Shown here: in pieces, positions 20,840 through 31,134 of the stretch
Numbering within the stretch: position 1 is the first letter of the stretch
Layout of the letters: each line of letters starts with the position of its first letter
Source: Ignavibacteriae bacterium HGW-Ignavibacteriae-1
GTDB lineage: Bacteria > Bacteroidota > Ignavibacteria > Kapaibacteriales > UBA2268
Direction: 5' to 3'
DNA length: 64,000 nucleotides
Assembly: GCA_002839825.1 (NCBI GenBank)
Contig: PGYU01000011.1
Location: forward strand, 3,218-67,217
Program-made: the position numbers and the translations under genes
Notes under the pieces: generated by a model
What the model was told of the DNA's origin: nothing
Databases searched by the model: none
What the model saw: the letters and a program-made list of their open reading frames with translations, nothing else

Positions 20840-22261
20840 TTGCCAATGAGCAATTCAAATCAAATTGTAAAAAATATACTTTCGATGGGCACAGCCGAAA
20901 TCTCCGCTAAGGGATTGGCTGTAATTTATACATTGTACCTAATCAGTACAATCGGTCCCGAAAGCAATGGTGCTTTGAGCTTTGCCAAATCAATCGTTCA
21001 GTATTTTTTTATAATTGTTATGCTCGGATTTGACCAAGCAGGCATACGTGATGTAGCTCGCAATCAAGCATTGTTGCCAAAGTACGTCGGTTCGATTTTG
21101 ATGCTCCGAACGGCACTTGCAATTTTGGGCTACATCGGCATTATCATCACTACTCACATAATTGATTCATTCTCGCCGATTGCAGACGTCACCAAGCGAA
21201 TGATTTATATTTACGGCATTTTGCTATTCGGTCAAGCGACTTTGCTCACATGGGTCTATATGGCTGTCGAGAAAATGCACATATTAGCAATCAGGTCGCT
21301 TGTTCTTGGCATTCTGAATTTGGTTGGCATTATGGTCTTCGTCAAAAGTGAAAGCGATGTCGAAATTGCTATCATTATCATCACATTTTCATTCTTGGTC
21401 AATTCGATTTGGATGTTTGTGCATTACAAAAGCACTTTCGGCAAAATTGATTTTTCGATTGATAAAACATTCATCCTGAGTTTGCTCCGCCAATCTTTCA
21501 GCATTGGCTTGATTTTTTTGATAGCAACAATGTACAATAACATTGATATCACGATGCTCGGAATAATCAAAGGTGAGCGAGAAACAGGAATTTTCGCCGC
21601 TGCTCATCAGTTGCTCGCGTTCTTGATACTGCCTACGCTAATCCTTCAGGGAGCTTTTTTCCCGAAATTTTCCCGAGCCACAAACTTTGAGGAAAGAGAT
21701 AAAGTAGTCAGTATTTTTTCGAGAATCAACTTTCTTTTGGGCTCATTTATAGCTCTGAATCTATTCCTTTACTCCGACTTAATCGTTGTGCTATTGGGAA
21801 ATCAATATGCAGAATCCTCCGGTGCTTTGAAAATTCTCTCTGTGACGATATTTCTTCAATACATTGTAGTAAACTTTTTCCAACCATTGATAGCATGGAA
21901 ATTTGAAAATAAAGTAATAAAAGCCACTTTAATCGGTTTGACTCTGAATGTAATCGTTAATATGATTCTAATTCCCATTTACGGATTTTATGGAGCTGCA
22001 ATTGCTACGATATTCAGCGAACTTTCGGTTTTGACAATGATGATATTTTTATTTAGAAAAGTACACGGAAGTTTATATCTTTCCAATCTGGCTAAAGCTT
22101 TCGTAGCAACACTTATCGGAGTATCGCCCGGATTTGTTATGCTCGCACTTGGACTAAACATGTATTTATCCGTCATAGTTACTGTTACGGCATGTATTTT
22201 GATTTATTTATATACCAAATTGGTTGATTTCAACGAAATAAAGGGATATTTGAAGAAATGA
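20840..22261 (+). CDS. MOP/Wzx-type polysaccharide flippase (Polysacc_synt family)
   Basis: About 12-14 TM helices with oligosaccharide flippase topology. Sits directly upstream of glf. Confidence 0.7.
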   Translation: MPMSNSNQIVKNILSMGTAEISAKGLAVIYTLYLISTIGPESNGALSFAKSIVQYFFIIVMLGFDQAGIRDVARNQALLPKYVGSILMLRTALAILGYIGIIITTHIIDSFSPIADVTKRMIYIYGILLFGQATLLTWVYMAVEKMHILAIRSLVLGILNLVGIMVFVKSESDVEIAIIIITFSFLVNSIWMFVHYKSTFGKIDFSIDKTFILSLLRQSFSIGLIFLIATMYNNIDITMLGIIKGERETGIFAAAHQLLAFLILPTLILQGAFFPKFSRATNFEERDKVVSIFSRINFLLGSFIALNLFLYSDLIVVLLGNQYAESSGALKILSVTIFLQYIVVNFFQPLIAWKFENKVIKATLIGLTLNVIVNMILIPIYGFYGAAIATIFSELSVLTMMIFLFRKVHGSLYLSNLAKAFVATLIGVSPGFVMLALGLNMYLSVIVTVTACILIYLYTKLVDFNEIKGYLKK

Positions 22262-23385
22262 AATATGATTATCTGATAGTTGGTGCGGGTTATGCCGGAT
22301 GCGTTATGGCAGAACGCATTACAAATGAATTGGGCAAGAAGGTACTGATTGTTGACAAACGCGACCACATAGCCGGAAATGCTTATGATTATTACGACGA
22401 AGCGGGCTTGCTCGTGCATAAATACGGACCGCATATTTTTCATACTTCATCAAAAAAAGTATGGGATTACTTGTCGCAATTTACCGAATGGAATCCCTAT
22501 GTTCATCATGTCAAAGCAGTCGTAGAAGGCAAATTAGTTCCTGTTCCTTTCAATCTGAACTCATTATATACAGTATTCCCTCCCGATTTCGCCCGAAAAT
22601 TGGAAAATAAGCTGATTGCAAATTATGGTTTTGGACTGAAAATCCCGATATTGAAAATGCGTGAAACCGACGACACGGATATTAAATTTCTTGCCGAATA
22701 TATTTACAAGAATGTTTTCCTTGGCTATACGGTTAAGCAATGGGGCTTGAAACCCGAAGAATTGGATTATTCGGTTACTTCGCGAGTGCCTGTTTTCATT
22801 TCGCGCGACGACAGGTATTTCCAAGATACTTATCAAGGCATCCCAAAGCATGGTTACACAGAAATGTTCAAAAAAATCATAGCCAACAAAAATATCAGAA
22901 TCCTTTTGAAAACCGATTATAAAGAAATTATTGACGATATTAAATTCGACAAAATCATATATTCAGGTCCGATTGACTACTTTTTTGATTATTCCCACGG
23001 TGAATTGCCATACAGAAGTTTGAATTTTTCTCTCGTAAATTTCGATTTAGAGCAATTCCAATCAGGAGCTCAAATCAATTATCCCAATAATCATGATTAT
23101 ACACGCATCACCGAATTCAAACATCTGACAATGCAAAAGCATCACCGCACAACTGTGGCTTACGAATATCCGCAGCCATATGTTATCGGCGAAAATGACC
23201 CGTATTATCCAATTCCGCGAGCAGAAAATGACGAAATTTTCAAGAAATATGCCGCTGAAGCCGAGAAGCTCAAAAATGTGATTTTTGTGGGCAGATTGGC
23301 AGATTATAAATATTATAATATGGACCAGATTGTTGGAGTGACTCTACAGAAATTTGAAAAAAGTATAGCAAATTTAAGAACATAA
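22258..23385 (+). CDS. glf: UDP-galactopyranose mutase
   Basis: YDYLIVGAGYAGCVMAERI...HKYGPHIFHT motifs. Overlaps the flippase stop by 4 bp. Confidence 0.9.
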   Translation: MKYDYLIVGAGYAGCVMAERITNELGKKVLIVDKRDHIAGNAYDYYDEAGLLVHKYGPHIFHTSSKKVWDYLSQFTEWNPYVHHVKAVVEGKLVPVPFNLNSLYTVFPPDFARKLENKLIANYGFGLKIPILKMRETDDTDIKFLAEYIYKNVFLGYTVKQWGLKPEELDYSVTSRVPVFISRDDRYFQDTYQGIPKHGYTEMFKKIIANKNIRILLKTDYKEIIDDIKFDKIIYSGPIDYFFDYSHGELPYRSLNFSLVNFDLEQFQSGAQINYPNNHDYTRITEFKHLTMQKHHRTTVAYEYPQPYVIGENDPYYPIPRAENDEIFKKYAAEAEKLKNVIFVGRLADYKYYNMDQIVGVTLQKFEKSIANLRT

Positions 23386-24809
23386 TGCAAGATTTGAACA
23401 AATACCCTCTTTGTGTGGACTTGGACGGCACTTTGATTAGAACTGATATAATGTTCGAGTCAATTTTCCTTTTGTTGAAGAAAAATATATTTTATATTTT
23501 CATGATTCCCCTTTGGTTGATGAAAGGGCGTTATGAATTAAAAGAACAATTGGCAAAGCACGTCGAGCCAAATGTTGATATTTTGCCATATAATGAAGAA
23601 GTCATACGCATTTCCGAAGCCGCTCATGCCGCCGGGAGAGATGTGTATTTGGTTACTGCTTCGTATCATACTATTGCGGAAAAAGTCGGTCAGAAATTCC
23701 CCTTTTTCAAGGGAACCTATGCTTCGAAAGACGGAATTAACCTCGTGGCAAAAACGAAATCCGACTTTTTAGTCAAACAATTCGGCAAAGAACAATTTGA
23801 TTATGCGGGCGACAGCTACAAAGACCGATTTGTTTGGCAAAATTCTCATGGCAAAATATTAGTCAATTGTTCTGACGAAATGAAAAATGAATTTCAAGGT
23901 CCGGAAACCCAAATAATAGACGACAAAAGTCAATCGAAACTAAAATTATTAACCGAACAATTACGCGTTTATCAATGGGTAAAAAATACGCTTGTGTTTT
24001 TGCCGATGTTGCTTGCTCATGTGATAGACCAAAGCATGATAGTCAGCAGTACGCTTACATTTTTCGCATTGAGTTTCATGGCATCTGCAATTTATGTAAT
24101 CAATGATTTATTCGATATTGAAGCAGACCGTAAGCACGTTGACAAGAAAAATCGCCCACTAGCATCCGGCAGACTTAAAATCATTTCTGCTGCTAAACTT
24201 GTCCCAATCCTATTTACTATGGCAGTAATATTAGCTTATTATGCCAAAGGTTTTGATACATTGGGTGTGATTTTGATTTATTTTGCCGTAACTGTGTTAT
24301 ATTCCTTGTGGTTCAAGCGATTAAACATGGCAGATATTATAATTCTGGCAGGATTATATACATTGCGATTATTGATTGGGGGCGTTGCTACGGACACATT
24401 AATTTCGCATTGGCTTTTGTCATTTTCGATGTTCTTCTTCCTATCGCTGGCAAGTTTGAAGCGATTTATAGAGCTGAAATCTATTGAAATTAATAATTCA
24501 AGCAAATCCGTTCGCGGCTACAACACAGACGATACATTATTGATGATGATAATTGGTGTAGCGTCCGGATTAATCTCAGTGCTTGTTTATGTACTTTATA
24601 TAAACTCACCGGCGGTTGCGGTGCTGTACAAAAATCTTTTTTTAATGTATCTTATCGCACCTGTTTTATTATATTGGATTACACGGACTTGGCTTTTAGC
24701 CAATCGCGGGCAAATTCATCATGACCCGGTCGTTTTTGCATTTCGTGACCGAGCAAGTCATTTCGTAGTAATTATTATATTTATTTTATCCGTAATTGGA
24801 ATGTTATAA
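23385..24809 (+). CDS. UbiA-family prenyl/phosphoribosyltransferase (decaprenyl-phosphate phosphoribosyltransferase-like) with an N-terminal HAD-like phosphatase domain
   Basis: HAD motif I (CVDLDGTLIRTD) in the N-terminal ~190 aa. UbiA motif NDLFDIEADRKH and about 8 TM helices in the C-terminal part. Confidence 0.7.
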   Translation: MQDLNKYPLCVDLDGTLIRTDIMFESIFLLLKKNIFYIFMIPLWLMKGRYELKEQLAKHVEPNVDILPYNEEVIRISEAAHAAGRDVYLVTASYHTIAEKVGQKFPFFKGTYASKDGINLVAKTKSDFLVKQFGKEQFDYAGDSYKDRFVWQNSHGKILVNCSDEMKNEFQGPETQIIDDKSQSKLKLLTEQLRVYQWVKNTLVFLPMLLAHVIDQSMIVSSTLTFFALSFMASAIYVINDLFDIEADRKHVDKKNRPLASGRLKIISAAKLVPILFTMAVILAYYAKGFDTLGVILIYFAVTVLYSLWFKRLNMADIIILAGLYTLRLLIGGVATDTLISHWLLSFSMFFFLSLASLKRFIELKSIEINNSSKSVRGYNTDDTLLMMIIGVASGLISVLVYVLYINSPAVAVLYKNLFLMYLIAPVLLYWITRTWLLANRGQIHHDPVVFAFRDRASHFVVIIIFILSVIGML

Positions 24810-26104
24810 TGGAAACAACATTATCATTTGGAAATTACCCCAAATTAAGCAATCAAAATTTAATCAAGTATTTTTGGGTTAATGATTTACAAAGAATTGG
24901 CGAAATTAAGGGCGATATTTTGCCCTATGGTTTGGGCAAAAGCTACGGAGATAGTTGCCTAATTGACGGCGGAACATTGCTCGACATTTCCGGAATGAAT
25001 AAATTCATTAATTATGATGAATTATCAGGAATTTTGACCTGCTATTCCGGTGCGACTTTAGCTGATTGCATAGACTTTTTGCTTCCTCGCGGGCGATTTT
25101 TGCCGGTCACTCCGGGAACTAAATATGTAACACTCGGTGGTGCTATTGCAAATGATGTGCATGGCAAAAATCATCACAAAGCAGGCACATTCGGATGTCA
25201 TGTCACCGAGCTTGAACTGCTCCGTTCGGACGGCACATTGCTTCAATGCTCCGAATCAATTAATTCTGAATTATTTGCGACTACAATTGGCGGGCTCGGG
25301 CTTACGGGCATTATTACAAAAGTCAGCTTCCAAACTGTGGAATGTCCGGGACCAATAATCGAATCAGAAAGTATTAAATTTCGGACATTTGAGGAATTTT
25401 TCGATATTACGCAAAATTCCGAAAATTATAATTATACCGTTGCTTGGGTTGATACAACTAAACCAGGCAGAGGATTATATAATCGCGGTAATTTCGCTCC
25501 CAAAAGCAGACAAAAACCGTATAAGTCCACAAATGGCAAGATGTTGCCATTTCCGTTAAATATGGAATTAATTAATCCATTAACCGTAAAAGCATTTAAT
25601 ACATTATTTTATAATAAACAATTGTCTAGAATTAAAAAAGCAGATGTATCTTTCGAGCCATTTTTCTATCCTCTCGATGCAGTTGACGGTTGGAACAAAG
25701 CCTACGGGAAAAAAGGTTTTGTGCAATATCAATTTGTAATTCCGTTCGATAATTATATAAATGTACTAAAAGAAATATTTAATTTAATTACACGCTCAAA
25801 ATTGTCATCTTTTTTGACTGTATTAAAAACATTCGGAAATATTAAATCGCCCGGCATGATGTCATTCCCACGAGAGGGCGTTACGCTTGCCATTGATTTT
25901 AAAATGATAGGCGATGCATTACTTAAAATATTAGACGAATCCGATAATATCGTCAAATCAGTCGGGGGAGTTGTCTATCCTTGCAAAGACGCTCGAATGT
26001 CATCCGAAAATTTCAAAGCATTTTATCCGCAATGGACAGATTTCGCTAATTATATAGACCCAAAATTTTCGTCAAGTTTTTGGAAAAGAGTAACAAAGGA
26101 ATAA
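24809..26104 (+). CDS. FAD-linked oxidase (DprE1-like decaprenylphosphoryl-ribose 2'-oxidase)
   Basis: FAD_binding_4-type N-terminus (GLGKSYGDSCL...TPGTKYVTLGGAIANDVHGKNHH). Start overlaps the previous stop. Confidence 0.7.
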   Translation: METTLSFGNYPKLSNQNLIKYFWVNDLQRIGEIKGDILPYGLGKSYGDSCLIDGGTLLDISGMNKFINYDELSGILTCYSGATLADCIDFLLPRGRFLPVTPGTKYVTLGGAIANDVHGKNHHKAGTFGCHVTELELLRSDGTLLQCSESINSELFATTIGGLGLTGIITKVSFQTVECPGPIIESESIKFRTFEEFFDITQNSENYNYTVAWVDTTKPGRGLYNRGNFAPKSRQKPYKSTNGKMLPFPLNMELINPLTVKAFNTLFYNKQLSRIKKADVSFEPFFYPLDAVDGWNKAYGKKGFVQYQFVIPFDNYINVLKEIFNLITRSKLSSFLTVLKTFGNIKSPGMMSFPREGVTLAIDFKMIGDALLKILDESDNIVKSVGGVVYPCKDARMSSENFKAFYPQWTDFANYIDPKFSSSFWKRVTKE

Positions 26105-26106
26105 TC

Positions 26107-26847
26107 ATGAAAACAGTATTAATTTATGGCGCTACATCTGCAATAGCTCAAGCTGCAGCCGTTAATTTCGCTCAAGATAAATGGAAATTATTGCTTGTCG
26201 CAAAAAATGAGAATAAATTAGAAGATTTATCGAACGATTTAAAAACTCGTTATTCGGCAAATGTCGCAACATTTTATTTCGACGCAATTGACGAGGCAAC
26301 ATATAAAAAATCCTTTGATGAAGCACTTGCAAGTGCCGGAGTGATTGATGCCGTTTTGATAGCCCATGGTACTTTGCCCGAGCAAGATAAAATCTCGGGC
26401 AACTTAGATGCCATCAATCGCGAAATCGTCGCTAACGGCATTTCTGTGGTTAATTTGGCAACAATCGCCGCTAATTATTTTGAACCTTTGGGCAAAGGTA
26501 TGATTGCAGTGATAAGCAGCGTGGCAGGAGACCGTGGCAGACAAAGCAACTACATTTACGGCGCTGCGAAAGGCTTTGTCAGCACATATTTCCAAGGTTT
26601 AAGCAATCGAATGTTCCATAAGGGCGTATCTGTACTGACAATCAAGCCCGGTTTTGTTGATTCGCCAATGACATCACATGTTCCGAAAAACTTTCTCTTC
26701 ACATCATCCGCTGCCGTCGGCAAGAGTATTTTCGATGCAATAAAAGCGGGAAAATCAGGTGCAATTTATGTTCCGGGCTATTGGCGTTTAATCATGTGCA
26801 TAGTAAAATCCATCCCCGAATCTCTTTTTATGAAATTGAAGATGTGA
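26107..26847 (+). CDS. Short-chain dehydrogenase/reductase (DprE2-like). The ORF track starts it at 26080; ATG 26107 is preferred here.
   Basis: Rossmann motif LIYGATSAIAQAAA and the SDR Yxxx K (YGAAK). Confidence 0.7.
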   Translation: MKTVLIYGATSAIAQAAAVNFAQDKWKLLLVAKNENKLEDLSNDLKTRYSANVATFYFDAIDEATYKKSFDEALASAGVIDAVLIAHGTLPEQDKISGNLDAINREIVANGISVVNLATIAANYFEPLGKGMIAVISSVAGDRGRQSNYIYGAAKGFVSTYFQGLSNRMFHKGVSVLTIKPGFVDSPMTSHVPKNFLFTSSAAVGKSIFDAIKAGKSGAIYVPGYWRLIMCIVKSIPESLFMKLKM

Positions 26848-26857
26848 TATAAATAAG

Positions 26858-26890
26858 AAAACCCGCCGAATTCTGACGACGGGTTATTCA
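26858..26890. terminator. Putative bidirectional intrinsic terminator between convergent genes
   Basis: Inverted repeat aacccgccg / cgacgggtt (8 of 9 bp) with an 8-nt loop, flanked by A/T runs. Lies between the SDR stop and the T9SS cargo gene stop. Confidence 0.5.
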
Positions 26891-26907
26891 ATTTCCGGGA
26901 TTAAATA

Positions 26908-29900
26908 CTATCTGATAATATTTAACATTTTTATGATACTTTGCTCCGATGTTTGGACTCTGACAATGTATCTACCGTTGCTAAATTCTGATAAGCTAAT
27001 TTCTTCAATTATTTCATCTGAATAGACATTCCCCAAATTGCGAAGTAAAATCACTTGTCCGTTGATGTCATAAATCGAAATTATAACATCTGATGGATTT
27101 TCCAAAGCAATTTTCACTTGAATTTTATCCGATGTCGGGTTTGGCATAATTGAAACATCGCATCCAATCGCCACATCGTCAACAGATTGAACGTTTAGCG
27201 AAGTGATTTCATAGTTTGACTTCATTGGCTCAACATTGCCTACACTATCAATTGCTTGACTAAATAAATGGTAGGTGTGGGTTAAGTCCAATTCTACGTA
27301 AACCGTTTCTTCATATCCGGTTACAATCGGCACATACTCGCCTCCATCCATCGAAGCGTGAATGATTCTGTATCTGACTCCACTTTCGTCATCATTGCTG
27401 ATTCCCTCGATTCGATACAAATTCGCTTGTAATGTTGAATGAATTGAATTCAATTTGCTTGTTGGAGGAACTAAATCCAATTTATTGGAATAATTATTTG
27501 TAGTAATTGGAGGATTCAAGTCGAAAAATATATCAGCTTTCGCATTAATTTCGACTTCATTCCCCAAAGTGTTGAGCAAATTAACAGAATATGACACATT
27601 GCCTTCTCCTTCCGGCGAAGTTTTGTTTGGTGGAAGGAAACCTCCGTCCGGGTCTTCAGTCAAGTCCATTGTCTCGGGGTCTAGTGTGATGAATTGCCAG
27701 TAAGCAATTGCAGTTTCGGTATCAAAATTGGCATTAACACGGACTATATTTTTGAAACTACCTTCGGGTTCGATATCTAAAGTAAATTGTTTCAATCCTG
27801 TCATAGGAGCATAAGTTTTGCCGCCAAATGAAAAATTTCCGAAACTGAATGAATTCAAATCATATTTTGTCTTATCGAGCGTATCAATTATGACAACTTC
27901 TTGTGCCGGAGCTGACGCAGCGGCTAAGTTCTCGAAGGAGATAGTATATGCAAATCCGTATGTATTGACGAAATTTTCCGATGCATAACCACCTGGACCG
28001 GCAATTTCATTCGGGTCAAAACTCGAAACTGCCGCTATATCCTTTTTACCATTGCCATATTTAGTGTAACACTCTCTGCCGGCTTGAATCCCACCATAGA
28101 TATTGTTAATGACCGAAACCACAGCGACAGCCGTTTTATAAGCTTGTTTGAGTGGCAAAGCATCGCTGGCGCATCCGGCAATTACAAATGCAACATCCTT
28201 CACTGTGCCACCCCAACCCCAAATTTTTTCTCTCCAAGTTTTTGGACGATTATAATCAGGGTTTGTAGGGTTGGGTGCTAAATATCCTGCCGGATCCATA
28301 GTGAGGTTAAGAATTGAATTGGCGCATCCAACGCCCGGAATTAAATTATTAACAATATCCGCAATTCCGTCTTTCATTGCCTGGAACATTACTGCACGCA
28401 AACATGCGGCTGTCTTTTTGTCAATAGCAGCACTGAGTACCTCTTCATCTTTAAGAACAATTCCACCGGGAACAATTTCAAACATTGGCTCGTTAAACCA
28501 CGTGTAAGCTTTGAAGCTTTCGTTGGTACGGATTCTTACTTCGATTTGCCCGCTGAAATTAGCAGGGATTATCGGGACAAAAAATGAGTATAATCTGACT
28601 TTTTGAGGTCCGTCAAAATAGCCGTAATGTTCAATAAAATCAGGCTCATTTAGCAATTCGGCATATTCGGGATTGGATTGCCAATACTCACTCTGCGACA
28701 TTTTCAAGTTTTTGAATTCAATCTCAAGTCCCGTGGGCATTGTAATCATGAAATATATCGGAACACCGAGAGCGTCATTATTGCCAATATTACCAAAATC
28801 AATAGTATATGTTTGCCATCTTCCGAATAGTATTCTATCTCGACCATTGAAATTAGCATAAGGTTGTGGTTTGGTAGCTTGTACAATTTCGAATCCATTT
28901 TCAAGCTTCCATTTTGTACCGTCTGGCAATTGAACAACTACGTCATATGTGTTTAGTGCTTGATCAGTTAAATCAAATCTTGCTTCCAATGCATCGAGTT
29001 GCGCAAGTCGCACACTTTCCGGATCCAGGTATTTAACTCCGCCTTTTTCGAGCCAAACTTTACTTCCCTCTTTGAATCCTCCGCCATAGACATTTATTGT
29101 AGCATAACCTTCATTCCCGGCGCTCTTTACAAAGACTTCCCGAATTCCGTTAACAGTAACAATTTTGCATAAGGTATCACTCCCTAATTTGTTATTTGCA
29201 ATCAAGCAAACATCATATACTCCGGGTATTTTATAAGTATGCGAAGGGTGAACTTGTTCGGACTTGTTTCCATCGCCAAAGTCCCAATTGTAAGTACCGC
29301 CAAAAGTTGTCTGATTTTGGAATGTGAACGTGTTTATAGTATTAAAAATATCAAATTCAGCTTCGGGTATGAAAGCCCTTGTATAAGCACTACTCCATAA
29401 ACCGGCTGTATCGAGGAATTGTATAGAAAATGTTTCCGCACTTTCGTCAGGAAGTTCTATGATGCTGTTAAGCTCAAAAAGTTTGACAGCTTTCTGCAAT
29501 TTTACAGTTTTCGCATTATCGAATTTCCCATCAATCCAATAGCGATATTGAACAATCAAATTTTCATCAGAATTTCCCGAACCCGCTTTGAAAAATATCT
29601 TAGAAATTACCGGACTCCACAAATCAGACTCATCTTTGAACCTAACATTCAAAGTATGAAAGCCCGTGCTCAATGATTTCAAATCAGCAAATTCGCTGAT
29701 ATCAATACCGCCGTCAATTTCAATAATTTGGTGTGAATCATAATCATCATCAACCCAATATTCAAGCTCGACAATATTATTTACATCTGAATTTGATTTG
29801 CCTGCTTTGAAAAAATATTGAGAAAATGTCGGGCTGAATTTGCCGACTTTATCTTTGAATCTAATATTAATTGTATTAAAACCTGAAATTACTGCGGACA

Positions 29901-30066
29901 AATCTAATTCGGTTTCAAGTTCGAGCACAGCCGTTGGCGCTACTGAGCGAGTAATTTTATTTCCAACATCTTCATTAACCCAATATTCGTATTCGACAAT
30001 TTGATTTTGTGCGGATATTGAATTAATCAGAATAGGAAATAATAAGAAAAAAATAAACTTTTTCAT
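26908..30066 (-). CDS. Large T9SS-secreted surface protein with three N-terminal ~90-aa repeats, a PKD domain and a T9SS type-A C-terminal sorting domain
   Basis: Signal peptide. Repeats begin (V/L)EYEYW / LEYWVDDD / VQYRYW. PKD motif WDFGDG...HTY. The C-terminal ~80 aa match the Por secretion-tail pattern. Confidence 0.8.
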   Translation of the reverse strand: MKKFIFFLLFPILINSISAQNQIVEYEYWVNEDVGNKITRSVAPTAVLELETELDLSAVISGFNTINIRFKDKVGKFSPTFSQYFFKAGKSNSDVNNIVELEYWVDDDYDSHQIIEIDGGIDISEFADLKSLSTGFHTLNVRFKDESDLWSPVISKIFFKAGSGNSDENLIVQYRYWIDGKFDNAKTVKLQKAVKLFELNSIIELPDESAETFSIQFLDTAGLWSSAYTRAFIPEAEFDIFNTINTFTFQNQTTFGGTYNWDFGDGNKSEQVHPSHTYKIPGVYDVCLIANNKLGSDTLCKIVTVNGIREVFVKSAGNEGYATINVYGGGFKEGSKVWLEKGGVKYLDPESVRLAQLDALEARFDLTDQALNTYDVVVQLPDGTKWKLENGFEIVQATKPQPYANFNGRDRILFGRWQTYTIDFGNIGNNDALGVPIYFMITMPTGLEIEFKNLKMSQSEYWQSNPEYAELLNEPDFIEHYGYFDGPQKVRLYSFFVPIIPANFSGQIEVRIRTNESFKAYTWFNEPMFEIVPGGIVLKDEEVLSAAIDKKTAACLRAVMFQAMKDGIADIVNNLIPGVGCANSILNLTMDPAGYLAPNPTNPDYNRPKTWREKIWGWGGTVKDVAFVIAGCASDALPLKQAYKTAVAVVSVINNIYGGIQAGRECYTKYGNGKKDIAAVSSFDPNEIAGPGGYASENFVNTYGFAYTISFENLAAASAPAQEVVIIDTLDKTKYDLNSFSFGNFSFGGKTYAPMTGLKQFTLDIEPEGSFKNIVRVNANFDTETAIAYWQFITLDPETMDLTEDPDGGFLPPNKTSPEGEGNVSYSVNLLNTLGNEVEINAKADIFFDLNPPITTNNYSNKLDLVPPTSKLNSIHSTLQANLYRIEGISNDDESGVRYRIIHASMDGGEYVPIVTGYEETVYVELDLTHTYHLFSQAIDSVGNVEPMKSNYEITSLNVQSVDDVAIGCDVSIMPNPTSDKIQVKIALENPSDVIISIYDINGQVILLRNLGNVYSDEIIEEISLSEFSNGRYIVRVQTSEQSIIKMLNIIR

Positions 30067-30078
30067 ATTATCCTCACT

Positions 30079-31134
30079 TTATTTGTTTTGTGCTTCAACT
30101 TTGAATTCAATTTTCAGCTGACCTTTTGGGTTTGTCATTGAACTTACCTTGCTGTTTTGAATGATCGGGTTGACAGGGATTCCAAGTTCTTTAAATGGAT
30201 TTGACGTGCCATAAATTCCTACTTGTGTGCCATCGGTGCCATTAATTGCGCTAAGTGCCTCAGGTGTAAGGTGGTAATTATCATCAAAACTCAGAGGACC
30301 GCCTGAATAATTAACAAAGATATCCTCCAATAGCATATAAACATTGCCCTCGCTTCGGACAACACCGTTACCATTCAAACCCGGCTCGTGGCAATAAAGA
30401 TTATTCAGGTATTGAATGTTTTCAAAAGCATTTACATATCCAAAATTGCCAACTGTTACAATGTTATTTTCGAAAATACAGCCCCAAATGCCATTGAAAG
30501 GGTTGTTATCAATTGTAACAAAAATGTTGTTATAGAATTTTGCATTAGCGAAATGAGTTACTAAACGTGCAGTAACACCTGTTTGTCTTAAATAATTATT
30601 GCATACAATGACATTTTTGGCCTTTCCACCATAAATAGCACCTTCTACCATATTTTCACGAATTACGATATTTTCTGCATTATTAAAACCGTCCCAAGTA
30701 TATCCCATTAGTAGAACATTGAAATAGCATCGTTGGATGACATAATTTTTCACGTTAGATGTCGCATGGTCGGTACCGAATGTTATTGCTCCCGAGATAT
30801 AAAGACCCTGAACTGATCCGCCACTGCCGGCATCAGTAATTGTCAAAGTACCGGTACAATATGTAACTGAATTAGTTCCGTTGATTTTGGGGTTATAACC
30901 TGCACCGATGATGTGCAATTTCTTGTTAACGACTACATTTTTTAGATCGAAATTTCCTGCGGGCAAATACAGGATGTCGTCTGTTTGAGCTAACTCGATA
31001 GCGCTAATCAAATCAGTCGCCACCTTAGTTGTTCCGTTTTGAGAAGTGATAGTAATCACTGATTGGCTGAATAAGCCGATATGCCATGAGAGCATAATTA
31101 GAAAGAAAAGAACTTGTTTCATTATAGACTCCAA
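30079..31134 (-). CDS. Secreted right-handed parallel beta-helix repeat protein
   Basis: Signal peptide. Repeated N-rich beta-helix rungs (NNIFVTIDNNPFNGIWGCIFENNIV). Confidence 0.6.
   Translation of the reverse strand: MESIMKQVLFFLIMLSWHIGLFSQSVITITSQNGTTKVATDLISAIELAQTDDILYLPAGNFDLKNVVVNKKLHIIGAGYNPKINGTNSVTYCTGTLTITDAGSGGSVQGLYISGAITFGTDHATSNVKNYVIQRCYFNVLLMGYTWDGFNNAENIVIRENMVEGAIYGGKAKNVIVCNNYLRQTGVTARLVTHFANAKFYNNIFVTIDNNPFNGIWGCIFENNIVTVGNFGYVNAFENIQYLNNLYCHEPGLNGNGVVRSEGNVYMLLEDIFVNYSGGPLSFDDNYHLTPEALSAINGTDGTQVGIYGTSNPFKELGIPVNPIIQNSKVSSMTNPKGQLKIEFKVEAQNK

Noticed and set aside
26080-26106. Upstream start at 26080 for the SDR gene, as in the ORF track
   Set aside because: It overlaps the preceding gene by 25 bp. 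The ATG at 26107 begins directly with the Rossmann fold (MKTVLIYGATSA), which is more typical, so the 26107 start is preferred. The uncertainty remains.
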